From Haliotis rufescens (taxonomy: Eukaryota), in NCBI RefSeq assembly GCF_023055435.1, contig NW_025963846.1, positions 26,536,001 through 26,600,000 of the forward strand: a stretch of DNA of 64,000 bases, written 5' to 3'. The position numbers and the translations under genes are program-made. Positions within the stretch are counted from its first letter, which is position 1; each line of letters starts with the position of its first letter. Under the pieces are notes generated by a model. The model was not told where the DNA came from. It saw only the letters and a list, made by a program, of their open reading frames with translations, and made no database searches. This document shows, piece after piece, positions 25,601-36,139 of this stretch.

Positions 25601-28084
25601 ACATTGTATGATGTTACTGCCCCTCTAGGTGACACATGCTATCATGTTACTGCCCATCTAGGTAACACATTCTATCATGTTACTGCCCCTCTAGGTGACA
25701 CATTCTATCATGTTACTGTCCCTCTAGGTGACACATTCTATCATGTTACTGCCCCTCTAGGTAACAGTAGATGCAAGTGCACCGCACCCTGGAGTTGTCC
25801 ACGATGGTCAGTCTGGATTCTCGGAAGTGGACTACCAGGACAGTCTGCAGCTCCACGCCCACTGGGACGGCTTCTTTGACCGGGAGAGTGGGGTCAAGTT
25901 CTACCAGTATCAGTTCTCTGACAAGTGTCTACAAAAGGAGAATTTCGGTTTGGATACGAGTGTTTTGAATGTACGTGTGTGACTTCCTTCGCGTGAGGGT
26001 TTATCTGGTTTTCTTCCAGGGTGCATATACCTTACGTGCGTCTCAAATCATTACAATTACAGGTGAAGGAAACCTACTCGACACATGCAGCATGGCCGGC
26101 ACCTTCCCCAGGGACGTATCACGTGACAGTGGTGGCCTACAACCAGGCCCTCGAGGCATCTGACCCTGTGTGTTCTGACGGAGTGACCATTGATGATTCA
26201 CCACCAGCAGTGGGACAGATTGCTGTAGCCTCGTCTAGCATTGCCCCGGGTCTGGTCACCACCTCATCAGGCACGGTCTGGTTCATAGACAATCGCCGCA
26301 GGAGAAGCAGAATTACTGAACCAGATACCCAATGCAGGTACGAACCAGCAAGATATTTAGATGTGTTAAAGTTATAACAATAAAATTCTTGTTGCCTGTA
26401 CATTAAGAAAAAGAACTTTCAAGATAATGTTTGACGTCTTTGTTTAGAAGGTTCCTATACGCCTTTGTGCACAAACGTCACGGAACAGCGGATAGACATA
26501 ATGGAGATCCCTCTGTATTTGTTGCCTGTACATTATGAAATCTTAAAGAACTTTCAAGATAATGTTTGACTTCTTTGTAAGAGCACCTTTTCGCCTAAGT
26601 GCACATGTATTAAAGAACAGCGCCAAGACATATCGCTATCCACCTGTTATTATATGATGGGTCCCAACATGTTTTTAGTAAGATCTCACGTTGCACAATC
26701 AACTGCCATCTTACAATCAGTATAATGCTCTAACTGTGGGAACAATGTGCTGTCCTTGTCATGTTGGAGGCATAATTAATGTCGTTTATCGGAGTTCCCC
26801 TTAATAAAACTAGATGGGGGATTGACGTATGGCTGTGTCTATGGTGTATAAGATAATGGATGGCTGCAGTGATCTCGCCACCGACTGTAATTGATTTATC
26901 TTTTAATATTTATATGTCACCAATTTTCAAAACAGAATTACCCTTAAGTTCGTATAGCTGTAGGTCCCACTCCGTGTTCATGGTATACTCTGACGAATCT
27001 TTCAGATCCAAAGGGACAGCAATCGACGCGGCAGAGTTAGAGAAGTTCCCCATTCACGTGATGAAAGATGGAACGATGGTGAAACGAAATGCAACATTTT
27101 GCATACAAGCCTTGTCAAGCTTCTACCAGATACACATTTCTGCAAACCACAATGTACGAGATATAAAAATACATTCTAAATCCTTCATGATTATGTCCAT
27201 ACCTGGTGTTAAATGCTGAAGTGTTGTAACGAGTCTCATGTGACAAAGGTTTTCAGTTTTTCACCACTTCTACGCCCTTTTCCTTCCCTTGATAGTAGTG
27301 GGAATTTTCACCCTTAATAAATCGACAAGTTTTTAAAAATGCCGTTTAAAGATCATCATAACTCGGTAGATTGAGACTCACGTATATCAATATCAGGATT
27401 CTGCGAGTGGCTTCTGTCAATGATATATTCCTCTTGCCAGATGTTTGTAAACTGGACCGGAACTGACGCGGAGAGCGGTATCCATGACTACGAGGTGGGG
27501 CTGATGTCAGATCCTTCTGGTGAAGCAGCTCCAGACATCCTGCCGTACACGTCCACTCATCATCATCCCCAGTATCAAGGCTACCACCCTTCTCTCAGTG
27601 AGGGGCAACAGTTCTACATAGCCATCAAGGCCATCAACAAAGCTGGGCTTACAACCATTCAGGTAAGTTGACACAAATGATATATCAATATGTTTTGTCG
27701 TGCATGAGTAAATTATATCAGTATCGAGTCAAACCAGGGACTGACAGCATGACATACTGTCCATGCAATCGTGGTTCCGTGACAATGAATCAGCCAGGTC
27801 ACAGTTCCTGACTCCCGATCCTTATATTGGCTACTTTGGCAAACAACCTTTTCCGAACCTGAAATCCAACAGGATCTCTCTGGGTTGTCCAAATATATTT
27901 ATATTCTGAGACTCTAACATATCTGTCCCTATATCTGTTTGAGCATATTTGATGATACATAACCTTTTGAACTACATGACCCATTTCTCGGAACCTCCAT
28001 GAACAACGCCCCTCATCTCGCGGCCATGTTTACTCCTTGTCTCTTCAGATCCTGGGACTTGTCCTCGTGCACACCTGCCTTTAA
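7583..28084 (+). CDS. Gene copy A: large secreted-type EMI-like/EGF/TNFR-like + FN3/Ig-like repeat protein, 19 exons, about 1,088 codons; exon 1 outside window, 3' end truncated
   Basis: Manually spliced at GT-AG junctions with consistent phases: 7583-7666, 13114-13184, 13333-13506, 13851-13991, 16764-16877, 17801-18058, 18471-18606, 18772-18982, 19520-19678, 20118-20347, 20866-20990, 21713-22019, 22345-22471, 22594-22830, 25761-25970, 26063-26337, 27006-27153, 27441-27662, 28049-28084. No internal stop before the last exon. Confidence 0.88.
7667..11075. repeat. 22-bp minisatellite (caggtaatcactaactgtcata) evolving into a 44-bp dimer, with a 1,097-bp higher-order duplication
   Basis: Begins at the exon 2 donor. 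Diagnostic variants recur at offset 1097 (8944/10041, 9661/10758). Confidence 0.95.
11140..12450. mobile_element. Penelope-like element remnant with inverted halves
   Basis: + strand AIGIIRYQPALNRDQGTYLP (GIY-YIG C-terminus) near 11330-11400; - strand RITLHYIGKT*HQISRLLKH (post-RT region) at 12061-12120. Confidence 0.75.
12570..13113. repeat. 45-bp minisatellite (catgggatctatctctctgtgtacaggtagtgtaggttgtacata) ending at the exon 3 acceptor
   Basis: About 12 units; the last unit catgggatctatctctccaacag supplies the AG. Confidence 0.95.
13114..13184 (+). CDS. Copy A exon 3 (RTVYYKQHVCNSGYRSTDNHGCPH)
   Basis: caacag|...|gtaaaa, phase 2-1. Confidence 0.85.
13333..13506 (+). CDS. Copy A exon 4, EGF-like (AICDNVINPNGAC...GGTCSLPEICTNCKMGFY...CR)
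   Basis: ccgtag|...|gtaagt, phase 1-1. Confidence 0.9.
13851..13991 (+). CDS. Copy A exon 5, TNFR/furin-like Cys module (CSAISNCDLEECTSPSDQVCSRC)
   Basis: ggacag|...|gtaagt, phase 1-1. Confidence 0.9.
14551..15879 (-). mobile_element. Tc1/mariner transposon, degenerate
   Basis: About 33-bp imperfect TIRs (cacctcatcaaaa... / ...ttttgatgaggtg) with TA at the left flank. Transposase remnants STIRSRLNAAGLRATTPIRRPLL...WRGIHWT. Confidence 0.85.
16764..16877 (+). CDS. Copy A exon 6, EGF-like (ACSWRSDSTRCYPGVC...CICTTEFSGRHCEK)
   Basis: tttcag|...|gtagga, phase 1-1. Confidence 0.9.
17801..18058 (+). CDS. Copy A exon 7
   Basis: ttccag|...|gtatga, phase 1-1; lies within ORF 17746-18105. Confidence 0.85.
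18471..18606 (+). CDS. Copy A exon 8
   Basis: tttcag|...|gtgagt, phase 1-2. Confidence 0.8.
18772..18982 (+). CDS. Copy A exon 9 (MEFTFEATNGGYVKV...)
   Basis: cctcag|...|gtcagt, phase 2-0. Confidence 0.88.
19520..19678 (+). CDS. Copy A exon 10 (APICITWQGWRDD...)
   Basis: ctccag|...|gtatgc, phase 0-0. Confidence 0.88.
20118..20347 (+). CDS. Copy A exon 11 (PGVYALVLTAYDKAEN..., FN3/Ig-like strand)
   Basis: ttgcag|...|gtaagg, phase 0-2. Confidence 0.9.
20601..20730 (-). mobile_element. tRNA-derived SINE remnant with (ACTC)n tail
   Basis: tgagtgagt tail followed by the aatatcacggcgg...cacattgtacccatgtggg body; related to the 57.4 kb pieces. Confidence 0.55.
20866..20990 (+). CDS. Copy A exon 12 (YINPLHYNKGWLK...DYDD)
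   Basis: gtacag|...|gtgagg, phase 2-1. Confidence 0.88.
21713..22019 (+). CDS. Copy A exon 13 (DGDTVRFWVRAYD...VHVDTSPPVIENLWL)
   Basis: ttccag|...|gtaagt, phase 1-2. Confidence 0.92.
22345..22471 (+). CDS. Copy A exon 14 (FEWLAFDDHSGLETVSW)
   Basis: tttaag|...|gtacat, phase 2-0. Confidence 0.88.
22594..22830 (+). CDS. Copy A exon 15 (NCYCTPGTGCYHRHF...HDSDYFIEITVMNHAKL)
   Basis: ccccag|...|gtgagg, phase 0-0. Confidence 0.9.
22978..25092 (+). mobile_element. PIF/Harbinger transposon with internal deletion: transposase (+) and convergent MADF/Myb gene remnant (-)
   Basis: About 40-bp TIRs caccctgacacttgcacgatttttgt flanked by TAA/TTA. Transposase motifs VWVREWL, NYLRMT, KLAATLRFLVTG, YYNYKGF, YKFLYVDVGA. 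Minus strand KLAEYVNDYPQLYDKRQKDWL at about 24100-24170. Confidence 0.92.
25100..25768. repeat. 33-bp minisatellite (ttctatcatgttactgcccctctaggtgacaca) ending across the exon 16 acceptor
   Basis: About 20 units; the last unit reads ...cctctag|gtaacagt. Confidence 0.95.
25761..25970 (+). CDS. Copy A exon 16 (VTVDASAPHPGVVHDG...EVDYQ...WDGFFDRESGVKFY)
   Basis: ctctag|...|gtacgt, phase 0-0; core FN3-like repeat motif. Confidence 0.9.
26063..26337 (+). CDS. Copy A exon 17 (PGTYHVTVVAYN...SDGVTIDDSPP)
   Basis: ttacag|...|gtacga, phase 0-2. Confidence 0.9.
27006..27153 (+). CDS. Copy A exon 18
   Basis: tttcag|...|gtacga, phase 2-0. Confidence 0.78.
27441..27662 (+). CDS. Copy A exon 19 (VNWTGTDAESGIHDYEVGL...FYIAIKAINKAGL)
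   Basis: tgccag|...|gtaagt, phase 0-0. Confidence 0.92.
28049..28084 (+). CDS. Copy A last visible exon, apparently frameshifted (ILGLVLVHTCL*)
   Basis: cttcag acceptor, phase 0. The +1 frame continues PAFNGGF, as expected after a deleted DxTPP motif. Confidence 0.55.
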   Translation: MLGLVLVHTCL

Positions 28085-28499
28085 CGGGGGATTCACTGCT
28101 GCCCTGCTGCCCAGTCTGAGTCGTCTCATAATAATATTTTATACTTTAAAGTTTACACTGTTTCTGTTGTGCTATTTGGCTGAATGCGTTGCCACGTAAT
28201 CTGATATTTGGAGTTCATACGCCTGTGAAATTCACGCGATGTTAACAATCTTTTGTGAGAAATTGATAGTGTGAACTTTTACCGAAACTACTCTCCGGGT
28301 TTTCCCCAAACTCTCGATCAGTGTTGACAATTGTTTTCTATTTTATTTTTCATTTTTATTCCCTGCATTTATCGGCATTTAAATCAATCATAGTATTTTT
28401 GCCTGATCTTATAACTCTATATCTGACTTCAAAATAAATACATGCTTTGATTCTGGTGTTTGTTGTTGTCTGCTACATGAAGGAAAATGGTTTGTCCTG

Positions 28500-30710
28500 A
28501 CTGTAATTTTGATATAGAATAGCTATCTATGAATACTTGTAACTCAAGTGAAGAAAATGAAATCTGCAAAACTACTGAGGTGAACGAAATTGATTGATTT
28601 GGCGATTTTGACTTTGATGCCCTGTTTTCGGAAATGACTGAGGATTCTAGCATCAAGGCAACTGTGACTGGCAACAATATTGTAGCCCCCTCAGATGTGT
28701 ACGCCGACACAGAGATTAAAGCGACCGTAAGTGATTAACCCAATTCACTATTGTTTCGGAATAAAATCTCCAAGATTTATAGTCAGTTGGCCACCAGCGG
28801 AAAAGAGGCTTAGTTTAGATTTTCGTTCCCACATTTTCCTGTATACCTTAAACCTTTTCTATTGCATAAAGGAGGTATCTGTACACAATTTCCATTGGGT
28901 AGTAAGCTTGCAAGTGTGTGCAGGAATTTTCAGGGGGTCAAAATTGCATAAATTGAAGGAAAAATGCATAATTTGACAAAATTGGGTGTAACATTGTTAT
29001 TAAGTCATTAAACTATCCAAATTATGTCTTTGATTACAGGTAAAATGTTCGGTTATCTGAATTTGGCAAACATTTTGTTTCATTTAACTGTTATTCTAAT
29101 TCTCAGTGGAAACATAGGTAAAAATCATGTTTTTTTACTTCATTTTCAAATCTTGTAATCAAAGACATAATTTGGATAGTTTAATGACTTAATAACAATG
29201 TTACACCCAATTTTGTCAAATTATGCATTTTTCCTTCAATTTATGCAATTTTGACCCCCTGAAAATTCCTGCACACACTTGCAAGCTTACTACCCAATGG
29301 AAATTGTGTACAGATACCTCCTTTATGCAATAGAAAAGGTTTAAGGTATACAGGAAAATGTGGGAACGAAAATCTTGTTTTTCACCCCTGGCCAACTGAC
29401 TATTAGAGAAACAGAGGCACAGCAAATCAACAATGAAAAACACTAAATGGGCTTTGAAAATGTTCAATGGTAAGTCAAATAAAATTAATTAATCTAGCGT
29501 CAAATAGATTAGACATTTAAAAGTGGGAAATAAAACTTCTGAAATTTGCTGAAAAGAACTTGCCTACCTCATCGGAGTCGGGAGAAATATCCATAGACTG
29601 GATACTTTTCTGGTTTCGCAATTTCACACGACACAATCCAAAAAACCACACTAGGGGTGGTGGCGGTGTGTGTGTGTGTGTGGGGGGGGGGGGGGGTGTG
29701 TCAGGAAACAAGACTACCTACAAACGCATGTATGCTTCTGTTACGTCACAGTGTCCCATCGCATCCATGAAACTTCTCATGTCAAAATTGCCCCCAAATG
29801 CAGAAAAAGTGTTTTGCATTCCCAAATCAAGTGCCCTGGTAAATAACTCGTACTCGAGTAAGCCCATGTCGGAACGTCAACTTGGTTTGATCATTTGCAC
29901 AATTTCCAAGGAAGCAGGTCTCAGTCGGGCCTATACTCCTCACTGCATTCCTGCAACTGGCAAGCTAGCACTAGCCGATGCAAATGTTGAATTGTGTCAC
30001 ATCTTGTACTTGTCAGGGCACAGAAATGAAGCTGGCATCAGATCACACAGTAGATCCATCTCAGGTGTCAAGAAACACCAGCTGAGCAAGGTATTACAGG
30101 CGATCACACACGACAAATCCCAAACTCCAAGCAAATCACACGATGTTAACAATATTCTGGTACGTCACAGTGTCCGGTCGCAACCTTGAAACTTCTCATA
30201 TCAAAATTGCCCCCAAATGCAGTTGTTTTGCATTCCTTAATCAAGTGCCCTGGTAAATAACACTGTTTGGTACTCGAGTAAGCCCATGTTGGAACGTCAA
30301 CTTGGTTTGATCATTTGCACAATTTCCAAGGAAGCAGGTCTCATACAGTAGATCCATCTCAGGTGACGATAAACAGCAACTGAGCAAGGTATTATAGGCG
30401 ATCACACAAGACAAATCACAAACTCCCAAAATCCCTAGCAAAACACACCCTGACGTTGGAACAAAACACACACGTTTCAGAGCACTCTGTAGAATCCCCA
30501 CCAGTCCAATCCACATCGTCCGAATTCGTTTGTGATTATCCAAACACAAGCAACACCTTTACAAATCCGTCATATTCCCAATTTGCTGGTGCCATGGGAG
30601 GGTTCGTGCCTCGGGGTATTTTCCATAACTGTTCCATTAACTCATTAAATTCCGTCCTCATGCTCCTGTACGACTTGAAATACACCTCTTCACAAACCTC
30701 TATGCTGTAA
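28500..30710 (+). mobile_element. Crypton-type tyrosine-recombinase element, degenerate, with partial internal duplication
   Basis: KSTMKNTKWALKMFN near 29425; RMYA...CPIAS, ISKEAGLSRAYTPHCIPAT and LSGHRNE in ORF 29560-30189. 30160-30430 repeats 29740-30130 with a deletion. Confidence 0.8.
28780..29402. mobile_element. Foldback MITE, Academ-like (TAG...CTA termini, TTA TSD), nested in the Crypton
   Basis: tta|tagtcagttggcca...tggccaactgacta|tta; inner 222-bp inverted arms at 28817-29038 and 29154-29375. Confidence 0.85.
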
Positions 30711-32000
30711 TATATAAGTACGCCCTTGAAGGTTGACCTCGCCTCAGTGCATCGGGTCATGTTTATATTTGTAATCACTTTCATGTTACCTTTTTGAAGA
30801 TAAGATTAAATCCAAACAGTATTTGTCCATTTGTTCAGAGAATGAAATTATGATGATGTTGACATATTTTCACCTATTGTTGCATATATTCAAAGAAATA
30901 TTTTTCTTTGCGTAACTGAGTATGAGTGGGGAAAAGTATGTGACCGAGGGCCAGCAAACACTGACAAAGTAGCATTGTAACAATGTTCTTCCATGAAACC
31001 AGAGAACTTCAAAGTAAGCAATCATTGTGTTGCAATATCATTCGGCGCGGAGGTTCACACAGTTTAAACAGCACTTTTAATCGTTCACACTTTAATGAAC
31101 CCATCCAAACTCACGTTCAATTCTTAAGTGACGTCACATATTACGGACCCTGATGCTGCTCAACTCAAGTACGAAGCTGCCGTCGGTAAGAAGTGGCAGT
31201 CTTGTCTTCGTTTTAACTAATCCTTCGATGTCTTAAATGCTTCAATTAGTCATTTATCTATTTATTACGTTTCTGACCGAGCAGACCTCTAAGGGTCGTG
31301 TTTGCATATTTTATCTTTGTTTGTTGGGTTGCTTGTTTAACGTCACACTCAGCACTATCAAAGTTATATGATGGTGGCCTGCAGCAGTTCGGTGTGTGAC
31401 AGCCTGTCTCTCGACCACATTGAATTCTATTGTAACAGCTCCACCAAATATGTGTGTGTGTGTGTGTGTGTGTTTGTGAGGGGGTGGGGGGGTGGGGGGG
31501 TGGGGGGTTGGGGTGAGGGGGGGGGTGCGTGTGTGTGGGGGGGTGCTGTTACTAGTCCGGATTATAATGCTGATTTTATAGTGCTAGCACGCTAAGATAC
31601 CATGCTTGGTATATCACGGCGTGTCAGTTTAATGTGTGATGGAAGCCTGAAGTGATGTAGGCCGTTTACCATGTTGATTAAAACCACAAGCACAGGTATG
31701 GTGCTGAAAAATCTGGAAACTTAATTGGGGAGAACCTGGATTCGGGCCCACAATCGAAGGTTTCTGATGTTCTCAAGGAACGCACCTCGGAACATTGAAT
31801 TGCCCCTTACCACATCAGAATAGCATCACTCACTTAAGCAATAAACGACGAGTTTATCATACAATGAAACCTATTCTTACCAGGAACCACAACGCGGGTA
31901 GTCATGCATTATTCATGTTGTAAACATTACTGCGCATAACTCAGATGTAACCGTCAGTGTAATCAAAGGTCCCAGTATGCCGCGACCTGGCAAGTTGCCC

Positions 32001-32054
32001 CTGGTAACGTCACAACTTCCTGGTGAGGGAGTTCGCGATCACGACTGTTCAGTT
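32001..32054 (+). promoter_or_regulatory. Putative core promoter: CRE-like + ETS motif and Inr
   Basis: ctggtaacgtcacaacttcctggt is identical in both modules; TCAGTT at 32049 lies 38 nt before the ATG. Confidence 0.5.
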
Positions 32055-32086
32055 GAGAGGAAAGAGGAGAGTTGTAAAGGACGTCG

Positions 32087-32160
32087 ATGAAGCTTGTACT
32101 CTGTGGTTTTGTCACATGTCTTCTCCAGTTCCACAGTGTTGATGGACTTGTGGAAAATGC
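32087..32160 (+). CDS. Signal-peptide exon 1, distal copy (MKLVLCGFVTCLLQFHSVDGLVEN)
   Basis: ATG, hydrophobic core, VDG cleavage-like site and gtaaga donor in phase 2, compatible with exon 2. Confidence 0.75.
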
Positions 32161-32939
32161 GTAAGAAGCAATCAAGTTAAGATAATGTTGAAGTGTAGTA
32201 GGTTTTTTAAAAGGATAAAGGAAAATTTAGCTTAATTTTAAGTGATGATTAATATAATTCGCTTTCCGTGTTTAATTGACATGTTTATCTCATCGTGTGA
32301 CCTCACAAAATCGACATCTATGAAGCAGCCAACTTTTTCAGGTCATAAGATTCGATGAACATTTGTTTGACAGGACTAATATTCTTTGTATTCTGTAACT
32401 GAATGAACCATCTGATCATTGAAGCATGTTGACAATACTTCAAGCATAAAGTGTTATTTCACTCGCATAAGATTTCAGTAATAAATTTTGAGATAAGTAC
32501 AATTGTTTCAACCAAAAATACATACTGCTGAACATTACATGTTTATTTTCTCTCTTATCACCTTGTGGAGGTCATCCACAGAAAATACACCATAATCCAA
32601 TATGTAGCTCTCGGCCCCCGTTTATTCTTTGTGCGATTGCCAGTAATATATAGGTCTTCACAGATACGGAGGCAATACCTGGGATCACTCCGGGTCAGGC
32701 CCATAATATGTAGGACCAATGTCAGATTTAATTATTGATGGCTACAACGTTGCTACAACACTACCAAAACCAAGAATAGTACATGCGAATTGACAAATAC
32801 AGAAAATAAGCCAGAGAATAACCGTCTCGATAGCTTGACGAAAGGACCAAAAACTGGAACGGGAACTGGAACTCATCCCAGTTTCCTATGGAAGGGGAAG
32901 GGGAAGCTTCCTTCATGTCTCAACCCCACAATAGCACAA

Positions 32940-33270
32940 TCACAAGAAAGTATCTGCTTCGTTCTTGTGTTTCACCACCCCGACCATTTGAAGGTAGAGG
33001 CATTGAGGGGACCACTTTTCGTGTTAAGCAAAAGATTGTCATGGGGTGCCCATCTTCTCAGCTGTATGTTCCATTGAAAACAATAACAACTATTTGTGCG
33101 CTTCGGAGACTGGCCCATCTGCATTCCTCAAACGAGGCTAGTCTTCTTTCAAAGTTCTGGTGGGATACAGGTGTTTGCTTTCTGGGCCTACAATCACAAG
33201 AATCCGTACTATCATTCATCATCCTGGGCTCCTCACAAGAATTTTTACATTTATCATTATTCTCCGTCAT
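32940..33270 (-). pseudogene. Intronless single-BIR-domain pseudogene
   Basis: Three frames join as NFERRLASFEECRW / SCYCFQWNIQLRRWAPHDNLL / HEKWSPQCLYLQMV, matching the BIR consensus RxxSF...CFxC...LxxW...D...EHxKWSPxC. Confidence 0.8.
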
Positions 33271-33302
33271 CTTGATGATTCACAAGTGAAACTGAACCAA
33301 AC

Positions 33303-34958
33303 CAACTTACTTACTTACTTTGGAGATTTAACGTGCGCTTTCCGACTGATGCGTATTTCGCACACGGGCCCGGCCAGGCCATTTAATGTGTTTCCGAAAG
33401 GGGCTTTAGGGGTTGCTTATATAGAATTTGGGAATTTTGAGATTTGGAATAGATGCCGATGGGATTGGGGAGGAGAACTAAGGGAGCTGGGTATGGTGGA
33501 TGTTCGTTTGTTTATGTAATTTTGATTTTGGGTTTAGTATTGCTTCTAGAGTGAGAGCCTTGTTTAGATTGAGGGTGGTTTGTAATGCAGTTCGATGTGT
33601 TAGGTAGTGTGTGCAGTGGATGAGTGCGTGTTCTGGGGTATCTAGTTGTTTGCAGTGTGGGCAGTTACCTGTAGTATGTTTTTTAATTTTGTTTAGGTGG
33701 TTATTTAGGTTGGTGTGTCCTGTTTGGAGTTTAGTGATTACTCTGTCGATTTATCCTAAGTCCACTTAGGGAGTCGGTAAGTATTAGGATTTTTTTTGTG
33801 TTTTTTGGATTCTTGATTATGGAGGGCTGAGGCCATGCCCATTAGTTCTGCCGTGAATATTGATTGGTTGTTTGGGAGTCAGAAGGATTGTGTGGTTTTA
33901 GTTGGTTGTGTGGTATGGACTCCGAAACCTGTGTGTTTGGAGATCGGATCTGAAGATCCATCCATGTAAATGTGACACCAATTTGGCCAATTTTCGTGTA
34001 TGTATGCTAGTTTTGTGGTTTTAGCTATGTTTGGGTCGGTTTGTTTATTTATTTGGCTAGCTAGTGTTGTGTCTGTTTTGGGTATTTTAAGTTTAGGGGT
34101 GAAGATATTTGATTGTTTGCAGTTTTATTTAAGATTTTTAATTTTGTGTTCATTTAGGTAGTTTGTTATTCTTCGGGATATTTGGGTAGGTAAGGGGTGT
34201 TTACGAGCTAGAGCTTGGTTTTTGGGGCTGATATTTTGGTTTATTAAGTTTTGGATGAGAGGGTTTGATTGGGACGCGGCCCAGAAATTTAAGCTTAGCT
34301 GTTCCCTGCGTAGACTTAGTGGCATTTCGCCTGTTAAGGCCTGAAGTGAAGTGTAGGAGGTGCCATGTTGGGTGCGTGTAATTAGTTTGAGAGCCTGATA
34401 TTGTATTGAGTCAAGTTTTTTAGATAGAGAGTTGTTTAGGGTGTTGTATATGGCGCAGCCGTAGTCTAGTTTTGATCTAATTAGTGATATGTAAAGAGAG
34501 AGAAGGGTATCTTTGGAGGCTTCCCAGTTAGAGCCAGTCAGGCATCTTAGGGTGTTTAGGTCTTTACTGCATTTAGTTGTTAGGTTTTGGATGTGAGCAT
34601 CCCAGGTGAGATGTTCATCGAAAATAAGTCCTAAGAATTTGGTTTGTTTTTGAAATTTGATTGTTTGGTTGTTTAGCTGGAGGATTGGGTAGGCGGGTTT
34701 CATGTTTTTATGTTTGAATACTATTCCTGTTGTATTTTCTGAGTTAAGGGAGAAGCCCATTTGTCAGCCCATTGTTGTATTTTATTAAGAGATTTTTGGA
34801 GTAAATTTTGGGCCATTTTAATGCTTTTAGTGCGGATCCAGATCCATTATCCGCGAATTTTGATGTGTTAGGGGATAGGCCCTCGAATAGATCGTTTATC
34901 ATTATATTGAAGAGGGTGGGGCTGAGGATACTGCCCTGGGGAGTGCCATTTTCTCGGG
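33303..34958 (-). mobile_element. I/Nimb-clade LINE, 5'-truncated (RT, RNase H, CCHC)
   Basis: GTPQGSILSPTLFNIMINDL, KFLGLIFD, LIRSKLDYG, HIYMDGS, SIFTAEL, CPHCKQLDTPEHALIHC; (AAGT)n tail near 33305. Confidence 0.9.
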
Positions 34959-36139
34959 GACATTGCTACGATAGTGTTGAACCAAACCAAGCTTTGCTCC
35001 TTTTTTTTATAGGAGAGGAGCAGATCGAAAATCTCTGCGCGCTGATTGGTCCATCGCGATGCGCGCTGATTGGGCGGTTTTGGTGTTTGGTCTGAGCCCA
35101 AATGGTTTCCGAACTGGCCCGACCCCAGTGCTTCTTTTTCATAGGAAGAGACATTTTCCATTGGAGAGAAAGCACAACACCCTATTCTGGCCTCTGAATA
35201 GTCGAAAACCTGAGCTTCTTGTTGGTGCATTTTCGATCCTGTTTTTCTCTGGTGTGCATTTTTCGATTCACGTCATAAAGACAACACTTATTTTCTCAAC
35301 TTTTTTAATTCCCCCGCTAACTTGAACTAACAAACAAAAGGAACAGTCTTCGGGCCGTCCCTGTGATTTTTGTGAACAGGAACTTTGTCACTAGGGTGTG
35401 AACGTATGTACACTCATAAAACTTAGTGGGCAGGAACTTTGTCACTGGGGTGAACGTAGGTTCAATGAACAAGTGTCAGGTCAATAAGGGCAGACAGGTT
35501 GGTTCTTTTGATGTAGGGTACGAGTCTGTGCACTCAGTCTCATCCACAGGAACAGAGGTAGACACTTTTGTATGAAACCATTCCAATACAGTGGCATCAT
35601 TCTTTAGTGTGTCAATCAAGTCCAAAGTATCTAACACTTGATAAAAAGTCCACCCAAGCACTCGATAGGTCAGCATGTAGAGACAGTACAGCCACACAAC
35701 GTGTATAAAGTCAGTTAACTCCCTTGGCTCGGGAGAATGTGAAGTGCGTTGCCTGGAGCAGCTGTGGTATAACTATATAGAATAAATAAATTAGTTCTAG
35801 ACATATGTATGTGGGTTTTTTGTGAACAACGATTGTGTTTATCCGCTATGGACTACCGAGGTTAGAAACGGACTATAGAAATCTAGAACATTAAAACGAG
35901 TATCTTCAACTTCAACACTAAAGTTGTACTATTTTTGTTCTTGGGTGCATGTAAAAGTTGGCTGTTAAGTAATTTGATTCTCAGTTTGATCTAAACCTTT
36001 CATGCAACTTTAGGAAGTATTGTGTACCAATATCATTATCGTTCATCTTTTAGAAACCTGTTCCTCTCTGAAGAGCATTCATCCCCATTGCGTTTACAGC
36101 TAACACTTTTTAAAAATTGTTAAAAAAAAATTATGCTAA

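Larger units (their letters stand above)
31615..32830 (+). repeat. Duplicated promoter/exon 1/intron 1 module (paralogous to 38420-39700)
   Basis: Collinear similarity over about 1.2 kb; the 3' part also matches 4660-4790. Confidence 0.9.

Noticed and set aside
28731-29467. Two ORFs with identical C-termini on opposite strands
   Set aside because: A by-product of the MITE inverted arms.
31451-31545. G-rich tract with G-quadruplex potential upstream of the distal promoter
   Set aside because: Simple GT/G microsatellite decay; not conserved in the paralogous module.
35476-35697. Minus-strand ORF with protein-like composition
   Set aside because: No recognisable motif or linked exons.
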